Shown one piece after another: positions 11,405-21,842 of a stretch of 32,388 nucleotides of DNA (positions are counted from its first letter, which is position 1; every line of letters begins with the position of its first letter). Position numbers and translations under genes: made by a program. The notes under the pieces are model-generated. The model was not told the origin of the DNA. It ran no database searches and was given only the letters and a program-made list of their open reading frames with translations. Where the stretch lies: the NCBI GenBank assembly GCA_038087875.1, contig JAXLNO010000417.1, positions 1 to 32,388 of the forward strand, in the 5' to 3' direction. The DNA is from Malacoraja senta (taxonomy: Eukaryota).

Positions 11405-11558
11405 CTTCTTTGATCTTCAAAAAATAGGGCCGCTCTTCAGGCTAAAACACAGAAACAGTGCTTAAATTTTAACTTAATGAATTAGTAATTCTATTTAATT
11501 CTGTCTGATCTAAGTCCAAAATACATTTTCTTAGCATGAGATTTGAGGATCAAAGAGT
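11405..11558. promoter_or_regulatory. Candidate intronic Wnt-responsive element (two TCF/LEF motifs)
   Basis: CTTTGAT at 11408-11414 (AGATCAAAGAA on the - strand) and ATCAAAG at 11549-11555 (GGATCAAAGAG), in apparently non-repetitive intron. Motif evidence only. Confidence 0.35.
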
Positions 11559-11732
11559 TCCAAGTGAATATGGTCAAATAAAGTGTTTAAATTGGCAGTT
11601 TGCTCTTTAATAGGATAAACCGAGTGGGAAATGCATGGTTGGCAGTTCAGCCGTCGTGATGCAGACTGTGAACTGCAAGGCTTCTCGAATAAACGTGGCA
11701 TCTAAACCAATAAATAACAATAGGTTTTGAGT

Positions 11733-12109
11733 CTGCCCAAGCGGAATATGAGGTGCTGCTCCTCCAATTTCTGGTGGTGCTCACTCTGGCCATGGAGGAG
11801 GCCCATGGAACAGCACCTCATATTCCGCTTGGGCAGTCTGCACCCTAGCGGCATAAACATTGAATTCTCCAATTTCCGGTAGCCCTTGCTGTCTCCTCCC
11901 CTTTTCAGCTCTCCCTCAGCCCTCGGGCTCCTCTTCTTCCCTTTTCCTTTCTTCTCCCCCCCCCCCCCCACCCTACATCAGTCTGAAGAAGGGTTTCGGC
12001 CCGAAACATTGCCTATTTCCTTCGCTCCATAGATGCTGCTGCACCCGCTGAGTTTCTCCAGCGCTTTTGTCTACCTTCGATTTTCCAGCATCTGCAGTTC
12101 CTTCTTAAA
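11733..12109 (+). mobile_element. Penelope-like retroelement 3' end: GIY-YIG endonuclease C-terminus plus terminal repeat, with an inverted 5' piece
   Basis: The + strand at 11808-11882 encodes EQHLIFRLGSLHPSGINIEFSNFR*. The - strand at 11733-11806 encodes MGLLHGQSEHHQKLEEQHLIFRLGR. Hammerhead-like core at 11983; flanks CAATAGGTTTTGAGT and CAATCTGTTTTGAGT. Confidence 0.82.
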
Positions 12110-12120
12110 CAATCTGTTTT

Positions 12121-12700
12121 GAGTATTGAGTATAGAAGTTGGGAGGTCATGTTGCAGTTGTATAAGACGTTGGTGAGACCGCATTTAGAGTATTGTGTTC
12201 AGTTCTGGGCACCATGTTATAGGAAAGATGTTGTCAAGCTTGAGAGGGTACAGAGAAGATTTACGAGGATGTTGCCAGGACTTGAGGGTGTGAGCTACAG
12301 GGAGAGGTTGAGTAGGCTGGGTTTCTATTCCTTGGAGCGCAGGTGGATAAGAGGTGATCTTGTAGAGGTGTATAAAATCATGAGAGGAATAGATCAGTTA
12401 GATCTCTTGCCCAGAGTAGGGGAATCGAGGACCAGAGGACCTCGGTTCAAGGTGAAGGGGAAAAGATTTAACAGGAATGTGAGGGGTAACTTTTACTCAC
12501 AAAGGGTGGTGGGTGTATGGAACAAGCTGCCATAGAAGGTAGTTGAGGCTGGGACTATCCCAACATTTAAGAAACAGTTAGACAGGTACATGGATAGGAC
12601 AGGTTTGGAGGGATATGGACCAAACGCAGGCAGGTGGGACTAGTATAGCTGGGACATGTTGGCCAGTGTGGGCAAGTTGTGCAGAAGGGCCTGTTTCCAT
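12121..12700 (+). mobile_element. CR1-type LINE 3' fragment
   Basis: ORF 12119-12535 reads LYKTLVRPHLEYCVQFWAP...LERVQRRFTRMLPGL...YRERL. Confidence 0.92.
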
Positions 12701-13017
12701 GACAATTTAATAGAACCTTTTTGTAAATTACAGATGATCCTTGTAATAATAGAACATGGGCTGGAGGGGAGGGGGGGGGGGTGAGGATGGTGCCTATTGT
12801 TGCATATTGTCTACAATATCTGAGTAAGGGAGGTAAGTATGTACAGTATTGGGAAAAACAGCCCCAAAACTGAACTGCAAGAAATGTTTTTATTTACTCA
12901 TTATCACCTTCCCCACAGCCAACAATGGACCATTGTGGGCTCCACCTCTCCTTGATCATCATTGCTGGCTTTGATCTGCCTTTTGGCATATCTTTTATTA
13001 ATTTGTTCTAGCTACCT

Positions 13018-13842
13018 AGGACGTACACGGTAAATGGTAGCGAATTGAGGAATGCAGTTGAACAGAGGGATCTAGGAATAACTGTGCATAGTTCCCTGAA
13101 GGTGGAATCTCATGTAGATAGGGTGGTAAAGAAAGCTTTTGGTGTGCTGGCCTTTATAAATCAGAGCATTGAATATAGAAGTTGGGATGTAATGTTAAAA
13201 TTGTACAAGGCATTGGTGAGGCCAATTCTGGAGTATGGAGTACAATTTTGGTCGCCTAATTATAGGAAGGATGTCAACAAAATAGAGAGAGTACAGAGGA
13301 GATTTACTAGAATGTTGCCTGGGTTTCAGCAACTAAGTTACAGAGAAAGGTTGTACAAGTTAGGTCTTTATTCTTTGGAGCGCAGAAGGTTAAGAGGGGA
13401 CTTGATAGAGGTCTTTAAAATTATGAGCGGGTTAGACAGAGTGGACGCGGATAAGCTTTTCCCATTGAGAGCAGGGAAGATTCAAACAAGGGGACATGAC
13501 TTGAGAATTAAGGGACAGAAGTTTAGGGGGAACATTAGGGGGAACTTCTTTACTCAGAGAGTGGTAGCTGTGTGGAATGAGCTTCCAGTGGAAGTGGTGG
13601 AGGCAGGTTCGATGTTATCCTTTAAAAATAGATTGGATGGGTATATGGACGGGAAAGGAATGGAGGGTTATGGTCTGAGTGCAGGTAGATGGGACTAGGG
13701 GGAAGTATTTATTTTAATTAAAAAAAAATAATAATAATAATAAAATAAAAAAAAAAATTAAATGTTCAGCACGGACTTGAAGGGCCGAGATGGCCTGTTT
13801 CCGTGCTGTTATGGTTATATGGTTATATGGTTATATGGTTAT
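13018..13842 (+). mobile_element. Young CR1-type LINE 3' fragment with (GGTTATAT)n tail, inserted in a PLE terminus (about 12890-13017 and 13843-13972)
   Basis: Uninterrupted 217-aa ORF at 13045-13698 (RDLGI...LYKALVRPILEYGVQFWSP...TRGH...FFTQRVVAVWNELP); 8-bp repeat tail at 13809-13842. Confidence 0.93.
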
Positions 13843-14057
13843 ACCCTTTTGTATCACTCAGTTCCCTCTCCCCTGAATCTCAGTCTGAAGAAGTTATCTC
13901 GACCTGAAATGTCGCCTCTTCCTTTCCTACAGAGAAGCTGCCTGACCGGCTGAGTTACTCCGGCATTTTGCCTCGATCTTGTGGATTGGCTTTGATTCCT
14001 CTCCAAATGTCGAGAGACAAGAGAGTTCAAAGAGTTCTATTGTCGTATGTCGCGAAA

Positions 14058-16200
14058 CATAGAAATATAGATGCAAGAGGAGGCACTTCGGCCCTTTGAG
14101 CCAGCACCGCCATTCATTGTGATCATGGCTGATCGTCCCCTATCGCCTGCCTTCTCCCCATATCCCTTGACTCCACTAGCTCCTAGAGCTCTATCTAACT
14201 CTCTCTTAAATCCATCCCTAATTTTTTATATTATTACTGGGCCACAAATGTCAAAAATATGATTCACCTGTTGGACAATTCGGCCCAGCAGGTGGATTGG
14301 ATAGTAATGGAGAGAGAGGATTGTTCCCCTTTTAACATAGGAGCGATCCTTCTCTCACCAACAAAAATGAAGAATACAATATACAGTAAAAATCCAATTA
14401 TTCATAGTACAATTAGAATTTGGAAACAAATAAAATTAACTTTAAAATTAAGAAATCTCTCACTTCTCTCACCTATAATGAACAACCCTTCGTTTAAACC
14501 TTCTATGATAGATAAATCTTTTATAAATTGGGATAGAGTAGGAATTAAAACGTTTGGAGATATGTATGATAATGGAAGTTTTTTTTAACATTTCACCAAC
14601 TACAACTTAAATACAACTTGAGTAGTAATCAATATTTTAAATACTTTCAAATACGTGACTATTTGAAAAAATATACACGAGAATATCAAAATATGTCTCC
14701 TGACCTATTAGATGAGATAATGAATATAAAAGCGGAAGCAGCTAATTTAATATCATACCTGTATAATTCCATTTTAAACATAGAAATTCCATCATCTGAT
14801 GGGATTAGAAGTGAATGGGAACAGGAACTAGCTATAAAAATCTCAAAAGAGAGTTGGGATAAACACCTGTTATATGTGCATAAATGCTCGATTAACGTAA
14901 GACATACTAATTCAATTTAAAATTTTACATAGATTATACTATTCGAAAGTTAAATTAAGTAAACTTTACCCAAATACCTCTTCTATCTGTGATAAATGCC
15001 TAACCCAAGAAGCAACTATAGCACATTCTTTTGTTTTTTGTATAAAAATCCCAAAATTTTGGAATGACATTTTTGAAATTTTCACTAAATTATTTAAAAT
15101 AAAGCTGAAACCGAATGCAGAACTGATTATTTTTGGAACAATAGAAGCAAGTTTGGAGCTGACTGCGTTTCAAAGGAGCTTTCTTAATTATGGCTTAATA
15201 ACGGCAAAAAAACTGATACTGAAATTTTGGAAAAACGCTCCCACGCCAACAATAAAAATGTGGACTTCTAATATGTCAGAATTGTTACACCTAGAAGATA
15301 TGAGATTCCTCTTAGCAGGTAAACAAGACCAATTCCAAAAGATTTGGTCTCCATTTATCGACTTATTACAAACATAGGGTGCAACAAAATGTTGATAATA
15401 AATGGTTTCAGAACCTGGCGAGGGTGAGTAAATATATGAAGTAGGTACATCCCTTTCATATTGTCCCACCTTATCTTATGCTTTCTTTTTTCTTTTTCCT
15501 CCTTTTGGTTTTTCTCTTTTTCTTTCTCTTTTTTTCTCTCTAACTATTTGTTGTGGTTTAGGTCCATATGGGTGTTCCTGGACCACTCTTTCAATCACTC
15601 ACTTACTATCTTTACTAACTCCTTCTATCCTTTTTCTTATTAAAGGTTAAAATAAGAAGTGGTACAAGAAAAGTATAAACTTACGTTATTGCAGATTATT
15701 GTAATGTACAATACTTCTAATAAAATAAAAAATAAAAAATAAAAAAAATAAAAAAATCCATCCAGTGACTTGGCCTCCACTGCCCTCTGTGGCAGGGAAT
15801 TCCATAAACTCACAACTCTCTGGGTGAAAAAGTTTTTCTCACCTCAGTCTTAAATGACCTCCTTTGAATTATGGAATTCCCTCTGTGGCAGGGAATTCCA
15901 TAAACTCACAACTCTCTGGGTGAAAAAGTTTTTTCTCACCTCAGTCTTAAATGACCTCCCCTTTATTCTAAGACTGTGGCCCCCGGTTCTGGACTCGCCC
16001 AACATTGGGAACATTTTTCCTGCATCTAGCTTGTCCAGTCCTATTATAATTTTATATGTTTCTATAAGATCCCCCCCTCATCCTTCTAAACTCCAGTGAA
16101 TACAAGCCTAGTCTTTTCAATCTTTCCTCATATGACAGTCCCGCCATCCCAGGGATCAATCTCGTGAACCTACGCTGCACTGCCTCAATCACAAGGATGT
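14058..16200 (-). mobile_element. CR1-type LINE 3' fragment split by an L1 insertion
   Basis: ORF 16052-16243(-) contains IEAVQRRFTRLIPGMAGLSYEERL; the 3' UTR lies at 14058-14217. Confidence 0.88.
14218..15753 (+). mobile_element. L1-clade LINE, 5'-truncated (ORF2 C-terminus with frameshifts, 3' UTR, poly-A)
   Basis: Begins NFLYYYWA; contains QFKILHRLYY and a CDKC...H...C knuckle; ends KIWSPFIDLL. AATAAA at 15719 and an A-rich tail; TSD AAATCCATCC at 14208-14217 and 15754-15763 at a TT/AAA site. Confidence 0.9.
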
Positions 16201-16389
16201 TTTTGTGGAAACGGAACAATGAAATTCTTGCTTGGTGCAGCACGACAAATACATCGACATGAAGATGGACACAAAATGCTGGAGCAACTCAGCGGGTCAG
16301 GCAGCATCCCAGGAGAAAAAGAACAAGGTGACGTTTCAGATCGAAACACCTCGCCAGACCCAGAGTAGAGAAAAGAACTGGGTGCAGGT

Positions 16390-16698
16390 GTAGTTTAGTT
16401 TAGTTTAGAGATACAGCACGAAAACAGGCCCTTCGGCCCAACGAGTCCGCGCCGACCAGGGATCCCCGCACACTAACACTATCCTACACGCACTAGGGGC
16501 AATTTACAATTATACATAGCCAATTAACCTACAAACCTGTACGTCTTTGGAGTGTGGGAGGAAACCGGAGCACCCGGAGCAAACCCACGCAGGTCAAGGG
16601 AAGAACGTACAAATTCCGCACAGACAGGAACCATGGTCAGGATCGAACCCGTGTCTCTGGCGCTGAAAGGCAGCAACTCTACCGCTGCGCCACCGTGC
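16390..16698 (-). mobile_element. tRNA-derived SINE, full length
   Basis: (TTTAG)n tail at 16390; head ctaccgctgcgccaccgtgcc. Confidence 0.88.
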
Positions 16699-16699
16699 C

Positions 16700-17246
16700 G
16701 CCCAGCCAGAGAAAAACGCTTCTGATTGTCCTGAACTGTCATCTACCTCATTGGTGACACTCAGACCATCTTTGATCAAACTGGCTTTACCTTGCACTAA
16801 ACGTTATTCTTTTTTTTTATCATATATCTATACTCTGTAAATGGCTCGATTGTAATCATAGATAGACACATAAAGCTGGAGTAACTCAGCGGGACAGGCA
16901 GCATCTCTGGATGGAAAGAATGTGTGACGTTTCGGGTCACGACACTTCTTCAGACTCGACCCTAAACGTCACCCATTCCTTCTCTCCAGAGATGCTGCCT
17001 GTCCCGCTGAGTTACTCCAGCTTTTTGTGCCTATCTTCGGTTTAAACCACAGCATCTGCAGTTCCTTCCTACACTATTGCTGGCTTTACCTTGCACTAAA
17101 CATTATTCCCTTCTCATGTATCTGTGCACTGCAAATAACTCGATTGTAATCATGTTTTGTCTTTCCCGCTGACTGGCTAGCAGGGAGCAACAAAAAGCTC
17201 TTCACTGTACCTCAGTACAGGTGACAATAACTAAACTGAAACTGAA
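16700..17246 (+). mobile_element. Rex1/Babar-like 3' UTR pieces flanking a PLE fold-back element (about 16859-17073)
   Basis: ctggctttaccttgcactaaac...cgattgtaatcat occurs on both sides of the PLE; tail aataactaaactgaaactgaac. Confidence 0.65.
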
Positions 17247-17585
17247 CCACCCAAGAGCCAACCATCGTCCTTTCCAACCCAGTAACATTGGCTCGCTGTA
17301 CGGCTCGAGCACGTTGATGGGAACCCCAGAGGGTCAGATCACCCGTGTGGTCTCAACCTTGTTGGGGGTAAGATGATTTAGCAACATCCCGTTCTTCACT
17401 CCCCTCCACTTCACAATGACACTAAATCAGGGTTCGGCAGCCTTGTTCTGCCTAGGGGCCAGGACCCATGTGTGTGAGCGGATGGCGGGCCACATCTATC
17501 GCCACAGTGTGACACTTGGTGTTGTTTTTCGCATTAGTTTTCACCTGTTTTTCAATTAGTTTTCTGCAGTTCCCAGGTCGCCTGC

Positions 17586-17587
<2 letters not shown>

Positions 17588-17620
<33 letters not shown>

Positions 17621-17696
17621 CCCCCCCTCTCCCCCCCCCCCCCCCCCCCCCCCCCCCACCTCACCCCCCCCCCCTCCCCCCCCCCCCCCCACCCCA
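17588..17696. repeat. Roughly 110-nt poly-C tract with sparse interruptions
   Basis: Directly visible; it produces the poly-Pro and poly-Gly ORFs. Confidence 0.95.
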
Positions 17697-18149
17697 ATAT
17701 TAACATTTTTTATCAACAATACATTCGACCTCCCGCGGTGACCAGTGTTCACGGAAGGCCTCCAGAGTCCCCGTGGACACCGCGTGATCCCTCTCCGGGC
17801 ACGGACGTAACCCCGGAAAAGGGGCAGGCAGCGGACCGCTGTGCGGCCGTCGACTGCCCGCTGCCTGGACCCGCGAGTGCGGTCTCCCCCGTGACCTGCG
17901 TGGGTTTTCTCCAAGATGAAATGAAACTGGTTTTTAAAATGGAACATGGTTTATTGCCGTGTATTTTGTGATTAACTGGATTACAAAGTAAGTTTTAAAA
18001 ATACTAGCTGGGGAAAGAGTCATCGTGCATCCTTGCAGAGAGGGGTTTTAAATATCATACGTCTGTTGTGAAAGTTAGCAATTTACTGACAACATTTATT
18101 TTGATCCATTTTATGAATTATTAAAGCACGCATCAAATAAACGGTTCTT

Positions 18150-18237
18150 TTCTTGTTGTATGACTGCAGAAACCAAATTTAGTTTGAACTTCATATGAGG
18201 TTCAAATGACAAATAAACGGTATTGTATTGTATTGTA
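18150..18237 (+). mobile_element. Very short LINE 3' end (L2/Rex-like) with a stem-loop and (ATTGT)n tail
   Basis: Near-perfect palindrome TTTGAACTTCATATGAGGTTCAAA (18183-18206), then atgacaaataaa and gtattgtattgtattgt. Confidence 0.6.
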
Positions 18238-18267
18238 ACCATTGTTCAAGGCATTCATTTAATAGCA

Positions 18268-18572
18268 TTTAGTTTAGTTTAGAGATACAGCGCGGAAACA
18301 GGCCCTTCGGCCCACCGAGTCCGCACCGACCAGTGATCCCCGCACACTAACACTATCCTACACACACTAGGGACAATTTACATTCATGCCAAGCCTATTT
18401 AACCGACAAACTTGTATGTTCTTGGAGTGTGGGAGGAAACCGAAGATGTCGGAGAAAACCCACGTGGTTCACGGGGAGAATGTACAAACTCCGTACAGAC
18501 AGCACCCGTGGTTGGGATCGAACCCGGGTCTCCGGCGCTGTAAGGCAGCAACTCTACCGCTGCGCCACCGTG
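18268..18572 (-). mobile_element. tRNA-derived SINE, full length
   Basis: Same family; intact head and tail. Confidence 0.9.
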
Positions 18573-19045
18573 ATGCCCATGTGTTGAATGAGAACTATTA
18601 TTAGTATTGAGGCACCATAGTTAAGATATTGGCTTAAGGCCAATGAACCACAACGTAATGAACCTTTATCAGTTTATCAGTCTTTCAAGCCAAGGATTGT
18701 AGTTGGATATATATTACATTAAAGGTGTTGTCCAATTCAGCTCTCAGCTGACTAAACTCTTCAATTTATTGGCAAGTTACCAAAAATGAATCTCTTTTTT
18801 TCTTGCGCTTTGCATTACAGACATGAATTATTACTGATAAATTATTCATGGAAAGTAAGTAATGACAATTATGCAAATTCAAATATTTATTATTATAATT
18901 AAATTATTAGCGGTGGCTCGTTGGTGTGCAATTGTTCACTGGTCCCAATGACGGACAGCTTTATCGGACACCCCTCGGTCATTGGCTCTCGTAGTAAGTC
19001 ACAACTAAAGTCTCTCAACTAAACGGAAAAATACTGAAACATAAA

Positions 19046-19280
19046 CAGCGGTAGAGTTGCTGACCTTACCGCGCGAGCAGCACCGGAGACCCGGGTTTGA
19101 TCCCGACTACGGGTTCCGTCTCTACGGAGTTTGTACGGTCTCCCCCGTGACCTGCGTGGGTTTTTTCCGAGATCTTCGGTTTCCTCCCACACTCCAAAGA
19201 CGTGCAGGTTTGTAGATTTATTGGCTTGGTATAAGTGTAAATTGTCCCCAGTGTGTGTTTAAAATTATGATCGCTGGGTT
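19046..19280 (+). mobile_element. tRNA-derived SINE, 3'-truncated
   Basis: cagcggtagagttgctg...gacccgggtttgatcccgactacggg...ggtttcctcccacactccaaaga. Confidence 0.85.
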
Positions 19281-19347
19281 GGTTTACGATTTTGATGAAA
19301 TGGTATAACAATGCATAAAACGCACAGTTTCAAGATAGGCGCAGTGA

Positions 19348-19669
19348 AAGCCCTGTCCCACTGTACGAGTTCATTCAAGAGTTCTCCCGAGTTTGGCCCT
19401 GATTCGAACTCGGAGAATTACGGTAATGGCCACTCGTCGGTACTCGGGGCTCTCGTGGACATTTATCAACAAGTTGAAAAATCTTCACGAGTCTTCCCGA
19501 GCTTACCGCGTTTCCCGAGTACCTGCCGTTAGCGTTACGAGCCGCTAAGAGATGTCCCCGAGCTCCGACGTACCCGCTACGTACATTCTACGTGCTTGCC
19601 ACGAGTTTTTTTTGTTTTTTTTTAACACGGGAGAGCACTTGAATTAACTCGTACAGTGGGACAGGTCTA
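19348..19669. mobile_element. PIF/Harbinger-type MITE, internal family B, ending about 80 nt upstream of the exon
   Basis: CCTGTCCCACTGTACGAGTT and AACTCGTACAGTGGGACAGG; flanks TGA and TTA; homologous to 27607-27908. Confidence 0.75.
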
Positions 19670-19713
19670 TTACTGTATCTGATGAAGTCTTCTCTTATAA
19701 TGCGTCTACTTCC

Positions 19714-19720
19714 TACTAAC
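19714..19720 (+). promoter_or_regulatory. Consensus splice branch point TACTAAC
   Basis: Exact U2-pairing heptamer, with the branch A at 19719 about 30 nt upstream of the exon start. Confidence 0.75.
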
Positions 19721-19748
19721 CCAAACTTTTTTTGTTTGGAATTTGAAG

Positions 19749-19852
19749 TTGCTCTACCTCCAGAGAGCGTGGAAGGCTTCAGTCACGCAACTGAGAAGAA
19801 AATGGAGAAGGGGGCCGGTCAAGGCAGCGTGAAGAAGCAATTGAAATTTGAA
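19749..19852 (+). CDS. NKD1: NKD1 internal coding exon (104 nt, phase 1 in, phase 0 out): (V)ALPPESVEGFSHATEKKMEKGAGQGSVKKQLKFE
   Basis: TACTAAC at 19714-19720, T-rich tract, AAG acceptor ending 19748, donor GTAAGT at 19853. Motifs VALPPE, EKKME and KKQLKFE match vertebrate NKD1 as I recall it. Confidence 0.93.
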
Positions 19853-20175
19853 GTAAGTTTCGTTTTCAACATCTCTGCTTAAACACGTATCAAGTGCACA
19901 GATCAATAAGAGTCTTGGCGTGCTGGCAGCTTAAGGGCAAGATTGTCAACCTAAAATCCTTTTTTAAGTCACAAATATTTTATAGATGCAGCCAATTGTG
20001 TGTAATAGTTGTGCATGGAAAGGAACTGCAGATGCTGGTTTAAGCCGAAGATAGACACAAAGTGCTGGAGTAACTCAACAGGTCAGGCACGATCTTTGGA
20101 AAGAAAGGATAGGTGACGTTTCGGGTCGAGATCCTTCTTCAGTGTGAATGAGGTGTGCAAGTTGGTTGGGATTCT

Positions 20176-20487
20176 TTAGTTCAGTTTAGAAATACAGCGT
20201 GGGACAGGCCCTTCGGCCCACCGTGTCCGCACCGACCAGCGATCCCCGCACACTAACACTATCCTACACACACTGGGGGAATTTTACATTTACACCAAGC
20301 TAATTAACCTACAAACCTGTACGTCTCTGGAGCATGGGAGGTAATCGAAGATCTCGGAGAAACCCTACGCAGGTCACGGGGAGAACGTACAAACTCCATA
20401 CAGACAGCGCCCGTAGTCAGGATCAAACCCAGGTCTCTGGCGCCGCAAGCGCTGTAAAACAGCAACTCTACCGCTGCGCCACCGTGC
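20176..20487 (-). mobile_element. tRNA-derived SINE, full length
   Basis: Same family; lies between PLE termini at about 20015-20143(-) and 20515-20628(+). Confidence 0.88.
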
Positions 20488-21064
20488 TGCCCCTCGTCAG
20501 CCTTGACTTCAGACGTGTCTGATGAAGGGTCTTCACTCTGAAGAAGGGTCCCGACCCGAAACCTCACCCATCCCTTTTAGTCCAGAGACGCTGCCTGACA
20601 TTCCGAATTACTCCAGCACTTTGTGTCACTAACACATAGTCCGATTTATAATATGAAATGGGAAAGAGAGTAAATCTGTTACATATTCTCTTCTCTTCTG
20701 CGGGCAAATTCTATGTGCTGGAGACACGTGTTCCATCTTCAGTCACATCCTAGACTAGTTCAATGGTTTCCATGTTAAACGTGCTCTGGGGCAGTTCTAC
20801 AGGCGTCGAGCCACACTGCCCAACTTGTCCAAGCCGACCAAGGTGCCCCATCTACGTTCAATGGCTCCTTTATTATCACCTGTACCAAGGTGCAGTGAGA
20901 TTGTATTTTTACACACAGATCAGTAATACAGAAATACGATACCCAATTAAGCAGCCAAGGCATAGAAACAGCCCACTGGGTCTATATATCCATAGTAACC
21001 GGGTTTTGGTCCCATTGAAGTTAGTTCCACCTGCCCGCATTTGGCCCATATCCCTCTAAACCTT

Positions 21065-21470
21065 AGGTAGACAAAAATGCTGGAGAAACTTAGCGGGTGC
21101 AGCAGCATCTATGGAGCGAAGGAAATAGGCAACGTTTCGGGCCGAAACCCTTCTTCAGACTGATAGGGGGTGGGGAGAAGAAAGGAAAAAAGGCGGAGGA
21201 GGAGCCCGAGGGCTGGGGGAGGGGAGGAGACAACCAGAGGGCTGAAGAAGGGGAGGGGACAGCAATGGCTAGCAGAATTCGGAGAATTCAATGTTCAAGC
21301 CCCCAGGATGTAGACTGCCCAAGCGGAATATGAGGTGCATTTCCTCCAATTTCCGGTGTTGCTCGCTGTGGCCATGGAGGAGACCCAGGACAGAGAGGTC
21401 AGATACGGAATGGGAGGGGGAGTTGAAGTGCTGAGCCACCGGGAGGTCAGGTTGGTTATTGCGGACCGAC
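21065..21470 (-). mobile_element. Penelope-like retroelement 3' end (GIY-YIG C-terminus plus terminal repeat)
   Basis: The - strand encodes, across a frameshift, SVRNNQPDLPVAQHFNSP..SDLSVLGLLHGHSEQHRKLEEMHLIFRLGSLHP; hammerhead-like core at about 21129-21160(-). Confidence 0.82.
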
Positions 21471-21842
21471 TAACCTTCCCTGTCCACACAACTGTCCAAG
21501 TGACATTGGTAGAGAAATGAAGGCAAACTTGTCGTTTGGAACTGCAAAGCTTGGGACTTGGTTATCAGGCAACAGAACCGTCCCCTCACCGGCTAGAGTA
21601 CGGTCCTGATCTCCCATCTACCACATTGGAGACCTTTGTACTATCTATAATCAGACTTTACTGGACTTTATCTTGCGCTGAACGTTAATCCCGTTATCCT
21701 ACACTGTGGAATGCTCGATTGTAATCTGTGTAGTCTTTTCACTGACTAGATAGCACGCAACATAAAGCTTTTCACTGTACCTCGGTACACGCGTTGATAA
21801 GGAACCAAACTAAACTAGTTAAAGAACCAACACTTTGAGCAG

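Larger units (their letters stand above)
4966..19748 (+). other. NKD1: NKD1 intron (GT-AG, phase 1, 14,783 nt)
   Basis: Bounded by GT at 4966 and AG at 19747-19748; the flanking exon phases are compatible. Confidence 0.78.

Noticed and set aside
13045..13698. Domesticated or functional reverse transcriptase gene
   Set aside because: It is only the ORF2 C-terminus without the catalytic core or a promoter; the open frame reflects recent insertion.
13809..13842. CRISPR-like or regulatory tandem arrays, such as (GGTTATAT)n, (GGTCGTAGG)n and recurring PLE motifs
   Set aside because: There are no unique spacers or regular spacing; these are LINE tails, MITE interiors and dispersed repeats in a vertebrate genome.
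16781..17153. 75-bp target duplication around the PLE fold-back
   Set aside because: The two copies differ at many positions, so two separate insertions or an old duplication is more likely than a TSD.
17452..17971. Poly-Pro and poly-Gly ORFs resembling formin or extensin
   Set aside because: They are translations of the poly-C tract, with no domain or splice support.
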